Part shown: in pieces, positions 58,213-64,000 of the stretch | How positions within the stretch are numbered: the stretch's first letter is position 1 | Layout: every line of letters starts with the position of its first letter | Origin: Candidatus Poribacteria bacterium | GTDB lineage: Bacteria; Poribacteria; WGA-4E; PCPOR2b | Reading direction: 5' to 3' | DNA length: 64,000 bases | NCBI GenBank assembly: GCA_965116925.1 | Contig: OZ220744.1 | Location: 1,984,001 to 2,048,000 of the forward strand | Made by a program: the position numbers and the translations under genes | The notes under the pieces: model-generated | Database searches by the model: none | What the model was told of the DNA's origin: nothing | What the model saw: the letters and a program-made list of their open reading frames with translations, nothing else

Positions 58213-59721
58213 TCAATTCTCCCATGAATAACTGAACAGTTTCGCATTTTGAAGTGTAAAGCGGAGCTTTACCTGTTTGCCAACCAAATCGGCGAGGGAC
58301 TTTGAGAAGGACGCGGCAGCTTCAATATGGTCCCCCCGAATCGGTTGGGACTGCTCGTAACCCTTCAGTGGTCGTCCCCGTTCGGTCAGGACACTGACTA
58401 CTAGCTCGCCCTCTGTGGCATCAAGATTGACTAACAAACGATTGCCGTTCACAGTCAACTCTTTCGTGATCACGCGCCCGATACGCTGACCCGCCTCCAA
58501 GGAGATGTAACGGTCCGGCCGAAACCGCACACAACCGATCGTTTGTAACGGATGCCGTTTTCCTGCTTCAATCAATCTCTGTTGTTCATATAGCCACTGC
58601 TGATCTACGGAAGGATGCGGAAGATTGCCAGAGGAGTAGTACTGATACATCCAATCCCCCACGCGTATCGGCACACTGTCGAAGTGAATCATCGCACAAT
58701 CCTGCTCGCCGGCCTCACCCCGCCCAATCCACGGCTGGCGATCCCCAAGCCGATCCCAATGCACCAGATCGCGGCTGTATACCAGTTGGGTCTCCATGAT
58801 ACCGTGCTGATTCCACATGCTATGTTTGTACATGTCCATACTGACATCGAAGATATAAAGCGCGCCAAGAAAAACATTGCCGACAGTCCACGGCTGCATG
58901 GTGTAAAATTCGCAGTGCTGGTCTACCGGATCGTTGTAGTGGATGATTCCATCTGCGTATGCGTTGTCCAAGCGTTCACGCGCCATTTCATCGTCAAGTA
59001 GATCCGGCGCGAGAACAAGGTTGGGACGGGGCCAATCCAGCATCAATCGAGCGCGATTGGGTAAGGAATTGGCAAATGTCATCCCCACAGCCCGGCGACG
59101 GAAACGACCAACCGTTGCGTGGAGGCGTGGGAAAGCGATATAGCGGCCGGGTACATCGTCACGCATCATGGGAAAGGCATCATCGGCAACCAGAAAGGTG
59201 CCCGTATCACCTACACCATCGCTGATACCGGGTTCATCGTCCGCGTTTTCCGCTGTGTGCCAAGTAAATCCGTCCGGGCTGAAAATTGGCAGGTATCGTT
59301 GACTCCACTCACCGCCGGGGATCCACGATACCGTCCGATATAACGTATCCTCACCTTCAGAAAGGGTGGACTCCGGACAGTAAAAAACTGCGCCGGGACC
59401 AATCCGTCCAGGTGTCTTAACTTTGTTGTTCTCGGTGCTGCCATCAATTTCTGCCAAGTGGAGGATCGGCTTTTCCCAGTGAAGGCCATCCTCGCTCGTC
59501 GCGTAAAGGTCGTTGAGATCGCCTTTTGAGTTCCAATACCACATCTTGAGTGTTCCTTGGGGATCGCCGATGACCATAGGGCAGGCACATCCAAACTTAT
59601 CTTCCCACGGCTGATCCGGTTGGAGCACCGTCCCGACCTTTTCAGGTGGCTGGAACCTTCGCGTGAGGTTCTGCTTGGAATCAATCTCGAAATCATCAAT
59701 AAACAGATATTTGTTTTCCAT
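58213..59721 (-). CDS. Hypothetical protein, probable glycoside hydrolase-like beta-propeller
   Basis: Asp-box-like SEDGLHW, SPDGFTW and SRDLVHW; C-terminal beta-sandwich. Confidence 0.6.
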   Translation of the reverse strand: MENKYLFIDDFEIDSKQNLTRRFQPPEKVGTVLQPDQPWEDKFGCACPMVIGDPQGTLKMWYWNSKGDLNDLYATSEDGLHWEKPILHLAEIDGSTENNKVKTPGRIGPGAVFYCPESTLSEGEDTLYRTVSWIPGGEWSQRYLPIFSPDGFTWHTAENADDEPGISDGVGDTGTFLVADDAFPMMRDDVPGRYIAFPRLHATVGRFRRRAVGMTFANSLPNRARLMLDWPRPNLVLAPDLLDDEMARERLDNAYADGIIHYNDPVDQHCEFYTMQPWTVGNVFLGALYIFDVSMDMYKHSMWNQHGIMETQLVYSRDLVHWDRLGDRQPWIGRGEAGEQDCAMIHFDSVPIRVGDWMYQYYSSGNLPHPSVDQQWLYEQQRLIEAGKRHPLQTIGCVRFRPDRYISLEAGQRIGRVITKELTVNGNRLLVNLDATEGELVVSVLTERGRPLKGYEQSQPIRGDHIEAAASFSKSLADLVGKQVKLRFTLQNAKLFSYSWEN

Positions 59722-59846
59722 TTCGCTCCCTTTCTACGCTCCTTTACGCCATATTATAGCACGTTTGGCTTTTAATAACATCTACTTGTAAAAAATGTTT
59801 GGCATTGAAACCCCAAATCGTGTATCCTCTTAGTAGCAATTGTTTT

Positions 59847-59954
59847 TATAGTGAATTCAACAAATAAATAGACACTTTTGCTCCCCATGTTTGGTAGGCA
59901 CTGTTTTCAACTGCGCCGATTTGGAGTGTCTCATTAATTCTAAAATCTACTATA
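59847..59954. mobile_element. MITE family A
   Basis: Full consensus with TATAGT...ACTATA ends. Confidence 0.78.
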
Positions 59955-59985
59955 AGACCAACACATTCAAGAATTGGAGGGAGAA

Positions 59986-60816
59986 ATGTCAGTTCAAAAC
60001 GATTTGACCGGCTACGCGGTCTTAACTCCAGAACAACAGGAGTTCGTCGAAAACAACGGATATCTTGTGATCGAAAATGCGCTAGAACCAGAGGTGGTTG
60101 CGGAAATTGATGCAGCGATCGATGAACTTCACGAACGCGAAGAAATGGCTGGGCGGCTAGAAGCCGATGGCAGGCTGAATATGCGTAACTGCATCACTCA
60201 GCACGATGCCTTTTTCCAACTCCTCGATTGGCCCAAGACGGCACCACTCGCTTGGGGCATCCTGAATTGGAATATTCAGTTGATCACCTCGCATCTACTT
60301 GTACTTCCATCGAAAGAGAAACCGCCACCGAAGGTCAAGGACAGGATTGGTCTACACCGTGATGGTGGTACATCGCCGAGTGAGATGCAGGAGCCTCATC
60401 CCAGAATCTTGCTCAAGATTGCTTATGCCATCAGCGATCAATCCGATCCGGCTTCAGGCGCGACGGTACTCGTTCCCGGTAGCAACCGGCTCACCGGCAC
60501 ACCGCCCGTGGATACGGAAACTGGGGATGCAAGGGGAGCTATCTCTATGAACGTGAAGGCGGGAGATGCATTCATCTTTGAGCAACGGACGTGGCACGGT
60601 CCGGGACATAACTGGTCCGGTAAGCCGAGGAAGACAATCTTCATGGGCTATGCTTATCGGTGGGTCAAACCGATGGACTACATAGCGATGCCAGATGAAT
60701 TGATTGCTAAGTGTACAACACCCCTACAGAAACAGCTGCTCGGTGTAGTAAGCGATCCACTCAGTTATTATCTTCCAAAGGATGAAGATGTGCCTTTGCG
60801 GACGTTGCTGAGTTAA
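59986..60816 (+). CDS. PhyH family dioxygenase
   Basis: LHRD, GAT.LVPGS and TWH motifs. GGAGG RBS. Confidence 0.88.
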   Translation: MSVQNDLTGYAVLTPEQQEFVENNGYLVIENALEPEVVAEIDAAIDELHEREEMAGRLEADGRLNMRNCITQHDAFFQLLDWPKTAPLAWGILNWNIQLITSHLLVLPSKEKPPPKVKDRIGLHRDGGTSPSEMQEPHPRILLKIAYAISDQSDPASGATVLVPGSNRLTGTPPVDTETGDARGAISMNVKAGDAFIFEQRTWHGPGHNWSGKPRKTIFMGYAYRWVKPMDYIAMPDELIAKCTTPLQKQLLGVVSDPLSYYLPKDEDVPLRTLLS

Positions 60817-60832
60817 ACAGGGTTCTCAGCTT

Positions 60833-60986
60833 GGCTCATGTAAAGACATAGTGCAACCGAAACCGATTGAATTCATGAGTTCACTCGTTTATTGGTGAGC
60901 CAATGTACTAATGAACAAATTGTTTTCATGTTTCACGCATCACGTTTTACGCTTTTTGTGTTTTGCACTTTCTTTTAACATGAGCC
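60833..60986. mobile_element. MITE family C with short-tandem-repeat cargo
   Basis: ggctcatgt...acatgagcc with decayed 8-bp flanks ctcagctt/atcagttt. Confidence 0.7.
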
Positions 60987-61009
60987 ATCAGTTTATACGC
61001 CGGTCGGGT

Positions 61010-62632
61010 TTATTGATTTCTATTTAGCAGTGTGCCCAGAAAGGTGTAACGCAGGAAGAATTGATGGATTAACAACAGAATCCCCGTTACCGCAAAACAT
61101 ATTAGACCTAACTTAACAATCGCAGGCAGGTCCCATGTTCGCATCATTTCTTGCAATAAAAGAAGTAAGGGGAGGTGCGCGAGGTATAACCAGTAGGCGA
61201 CATCCGAAATATATCGCCATATCCGACTCTCTCTTGATATCAACTCACGCGAAATGCCGATAAGAGAGAAAACCATCATCCACGTGTACGTCGCCTTCAA
61301 GACTAGCAAAGTGGGCTGATGGTACTGCCCCAACAAGCTAGGGCTAAGTCCCAATATCAGCCCGACCGGAAAGATAACCAACAGAGCCACAGGCATAGTG
61401 ATTATCCACTGTTTTCCAACTTTTGCGTCGCTATCGTCACAATCGTAGTAGAATGCGCCGAAAAAGAAGAAGATACCGTAATAAATGGGAATATACGGCA
61501 TGGGTATAATGCAGATGAAAGTATCTGGGCCAAAGTTCGGTATCGCACCTCTCGCTGCCATAAACCATTGCGGCACCATGGTAAGGGGAATCAGCCAAAG
61601 ATAGCGGAACGGCGAAAGTATGATTTTTTGGGGTGGCCCCCTCCATAACCTCCGTTCAGCAATTGCGGCATATAAAGCAAAAGCGAGAACCAACCAACAG
61701 AGAAGCCAGAATAACCAGAGGTGTGCAAACACACTCCCTGTTGTGAGTATCCGCCAGAGGCGATTCTGTTTCTTTATGTTAGGAAGTTTTCCCGTTGACT
61801 CATATTGGGTGAGGATTGTAGCGATGCGGGTTCTGCCGTAAAAGGCTTTTACCGGATCTAGCTTCACTTGCAATTCCCGGACTCTCACGTATATATGGTT
61901 CCAATCTGCTTGTGCAAGGTTCAATGGGGTTTGACCGTCATCATTCCTAGCCTCCACATCCGCACCGTTCCGAAGGAGGATTCTAGCAATCCGATCCTGT
62001 CCCATAAAAGCGGCTTCGTGTAAAGGTGTCCCGCCATCTCTGTTTTTTCGATTTACGTCTGCTCCCGCTTCGATAAGTTGTTCAGCAATTTCGACTTCCC
62101 CTGCAAAAACAGTCCACGATAAAGGGGTTAGCCCGGATTGCGGATCTGGGGTATTGAGATCTACCCCGTTCGCCAAGTGCGTCTTGAGAGCTTCACGGTT
62201 TCCGATTTTGACTGCAACCCAAATATTTGTCAGCGAATCTTCTGAAGGCACCGGGGCAGCGTCTCTCGCGCGTTGCAGCGTCGCATTAATTAATGTTTCG
62301 TTGATCCAGTATGTGAGTGGGGCGATAGTGATAAGCCCGAATACCAACGGCATGAAGACACGCCGGAATCGATATTCTAACAACCCCTTTACCCCGCGCG
62401 TACGCCACAGCATCGCAGTGAAGAAGCCGCTTATCAAAAAGAAAAGTGGCATTTGAAAACCGTGTATTACAAGAAAAAAAACGCCAAATCCTTCGTTTTT
62501 TTGCACATCTCGAACGGGCCAGGGAACGTTAAAAAACGCTAGAGAGCCATGAAAAACGATGACTAATAACATGGCTAATCCGCGCAGAGCCTCTAGGTCG
62601 TGTCTATGGTCGGAAGGGGTGCGTGTATCCAT
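61010..62632 (-). CDS. Acyltransferase-3 (OpgC/MdoC-like) with inserted ankyrin repeats
   Basis: LEALRGLAM..H, FQMPLFF, HLWL and YWLYLAH motifs. Ankyrin GLTPL/GGTPLH/GQTPL. Confidence 0.85.
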   Translation of the reverse strand: MDTRTPSDHRHDLEALRGLAMLLVIVFHGSLAFFNVPWPVRDVQKNEGFGVFFLVIHGFQMPLFFLISGFFTAMLWRTRGVKGLLEYRFRRVFMPLVFGLITIAPLTYWINETLINATLQRARDAAPVPSEDSLTNIWVAVKIGNREALKTHLANGVDLNTPDPQSGLTPLSWTVFAGEVEIAEQLIEAGADVNRKNRDGGTPLHEAAFMGQDRIARILLRNGADVEARNDDGQTPLNLAQADWNHIYVRVRELQVKLDPVKAFYGRTRIATILTQYESTGKLPNIKKQNRLWRILTTGSVFAHLWLFWLLCWLVLAFALYAAIAERRLWRGPPQKIILSPFRYLWLIPLTMVPQWFMAARGAIPNFGPDTFICIIPMPYIPIYYGIFFFFGAFYYDCDDSDAKVGKQWIITMPVALLVIFPVGLILGLSPSLLGQYHQPTLLVLKATYTWMMVFSLIGISRELISRESRIWRYISDVAYWLYLAHLPLLLLLQEMMRTWDLPAIVKLGLICFAVTGILLLIHQFFLRYTFLGTLLNRNQ

Positions 62633-62680
62633 ATAACGTTTTTTGTCCTACCCTTTTGCTATGTATAATTCGTCGTTAAT

Positions 62681-64000
62681 TCAGGAAGTTTCTCCCGATA
62701 TACTTCTTACCCGTTTCTGAATGAAATACACAGTCCCAAATAATCCAAGTGCAATTGCGAAAGTATAGATATTATAAATATACGCTAAGAAAGCGGCGAC
62801 CGCGAGGATAATCCACTCGACCCATGTGGTTTTTCGGAGGAAGTACCCCATCGTAACGATAGAAAAGATGAACGTGCCCACCACAGCAGTCACAACCGAC
62901 AGGGCATTCTGCAGTAAGGTGCCGTCAAACAGGATGTGGGTATAAGCGAACAGCAGCGGCATGATATACAGGAACTTAGCGAATTTGAAACACGCCCAGC
63001 CTGTTCTCCACGGATCCGCACGCGCTACTGCAGCCCCAGCATACGCGCCGAGGGCGACAGGTGGTGTGATATTAGAATCTTGACTCAGCCAAAAAACAAT
63101 CAGGTGCGCCGCAATTAAGGAAACTCCCATCTGATCGCTTGTAAGAATCGGAACAGCGAGTTCGGAGGTAATCAGATAGGCGGCGGTAACGGGGATGCCC
63201 ATCCCCAAGATGAGGGATGCACCGGCGAGCAGTAGGATAGCGATTGCACGGCTATCTCCAGCGACAGAGAGGACTAGGTCAGGAAAGATTCTACCAAGTC
63301 CAGTGAGATCGATCACGGCAATAATGATGCCGATGCTGCCAACTGCGCCGCCGATGGCGAGGGAGTTTTTCGCTCCACCGACCATGGCTTCCCAAAGACG
63401 TTTGGGAGTGAGGCGTGTTTCTAGTCGAAGGTAACTGATGCCAATCGTAGTCAGGATAGCGAAGAACGCGGCTTGGGATGCTGTATGCCCCGCAATCAGA
63501 GTGGCAACCAGCACAACTAACGGAATCAAGCAGTACCACTGGCCCTTGAGCAGTGTGCCCAGGTGTGGCAATTCAACTTTAGGCAGCCCTTCAATGCCCT
63601 CCTTTTTTGCCTCAAGGTGTACCATCACCCACACTGAGAAGAAATACAACAGTGCTGGGGTGACGGATAGCAACGCAATATGGCTATAGGGCAGCTCGGT
63701 GCGTTCTGCCATAATAAACGCGCCGGCACCCATCACCGGCGGCAAGAATTGCCCTCCGACCGATGCTGTCGCTTCAACGGCACCAGCGATGTGAGATCGA
63801 AAGCCGGTGCGCTTCATCAACGGAACAGTAAATGCGCCGGTTGCAACCGTGTTTGCGATTGCACTCCCTGCCACCGAACCGAAGAATCCGGAAGCGACGA
63901 CCGCTACTTTCGCGGGACCGCCCACCAGCCGCCCTGCTACGGCCATCGGCAGATCAATGAAAAACTGTCCTACCCCCGATTTTTCCAAGAATGCGCCGAA
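62681..64000 (-). CDS. TRAP transporter fused 4TM/12TM permease (5' end outside the window)
   Basis: GSAIAN, GGQFLPPVMGAGAF, LGMGIP.TAAY and ITPPVA motifs. Confidence 0.9.
   Translation of the reverse strand, partial: FGAFLEKSGVGQFFIDLPMAVAGRLVGGPAKVAVVASGFFGSVAGSAIANTVATGAFTVPLMKRTGFRSHIAGAVEATASVGGQFLPPVMGAGAFIMAERTELPYSHIALLSVTPALLYFFSVWVMVHLEAKKEGIEGLPKVELPHLGTLLKGQWYCLIPLVVLVATLIAGHTASQAAFFAILTTIGISYLRLETRLTPKRLWEAMVGGAKNSLAIGGAVGSIGIIIAVIDLTGLGRIFPDLVLSVAGDSRAIAILLLAGASLILGMGIPVTAAYLITSELAVPILTSDQMGVSLIAAHLIVFWLSQDSNITPPVALGAYAGAAVARADPWRTGWACFKFAKFLYIMPLLFAYTHILFDGTLLQNALSVVTAVVGTFIFSIVTMGYFLRKTTWVEWIILAVAAFLAYIYNIYTFAIALGLFGTVYFIQKRVRSISGETS

Noticed and set aside
1..64000. tRNA, rRNA or prophage
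   Set aside because: None recognised by eye. A tRNAscan/Infernal run would be needed to exclude small RNAs.

Overview
Bacterial chromosomal window of roughly 50% GC. The gene content points to a Candidatus Poribacteria-like organism (inference, not a database result): four PhyH dioxygenases, five Gfo/Idh/MocA oxidoreductases, three sugar isomerase TIM barrels, a 'LTTTWGRIK' C-terminus and an 'ANYPNPFNPETWIPYQL' FlgD-like tail. It holds about 50 mostly catabolic or housekeeping genes, including mutS, hisA, bioB, class I fba, ggt, hinT, a MATE transporter, an nfeD-nfeD-floA-floA cluster and a NuoEF-like fusion. Main points of interest: (1) an intact IS200/IS605 IsrB (OMEGA) element with its omegaRNA, inserted between the RBS and ATG of an FAH-family gene, so guide and TAM can be read from the junctions; (2) a DUF2089 zinc-ribbon/HTH gene paired with an HTH-less sigma54 activator, both carrying SHOCT-like helices, a candidate split enhancer-binding system; (3) at least four families of nested MITEs with target-site duplications, carrying interchangeable GTAG REP-like hairpins; (4) an IS982 element interrupting a reconstructable gene; (5) three decayed toxin-antitoxin or defence modules, including an Rpn gene reduced to an RpnS-like C-terminus.
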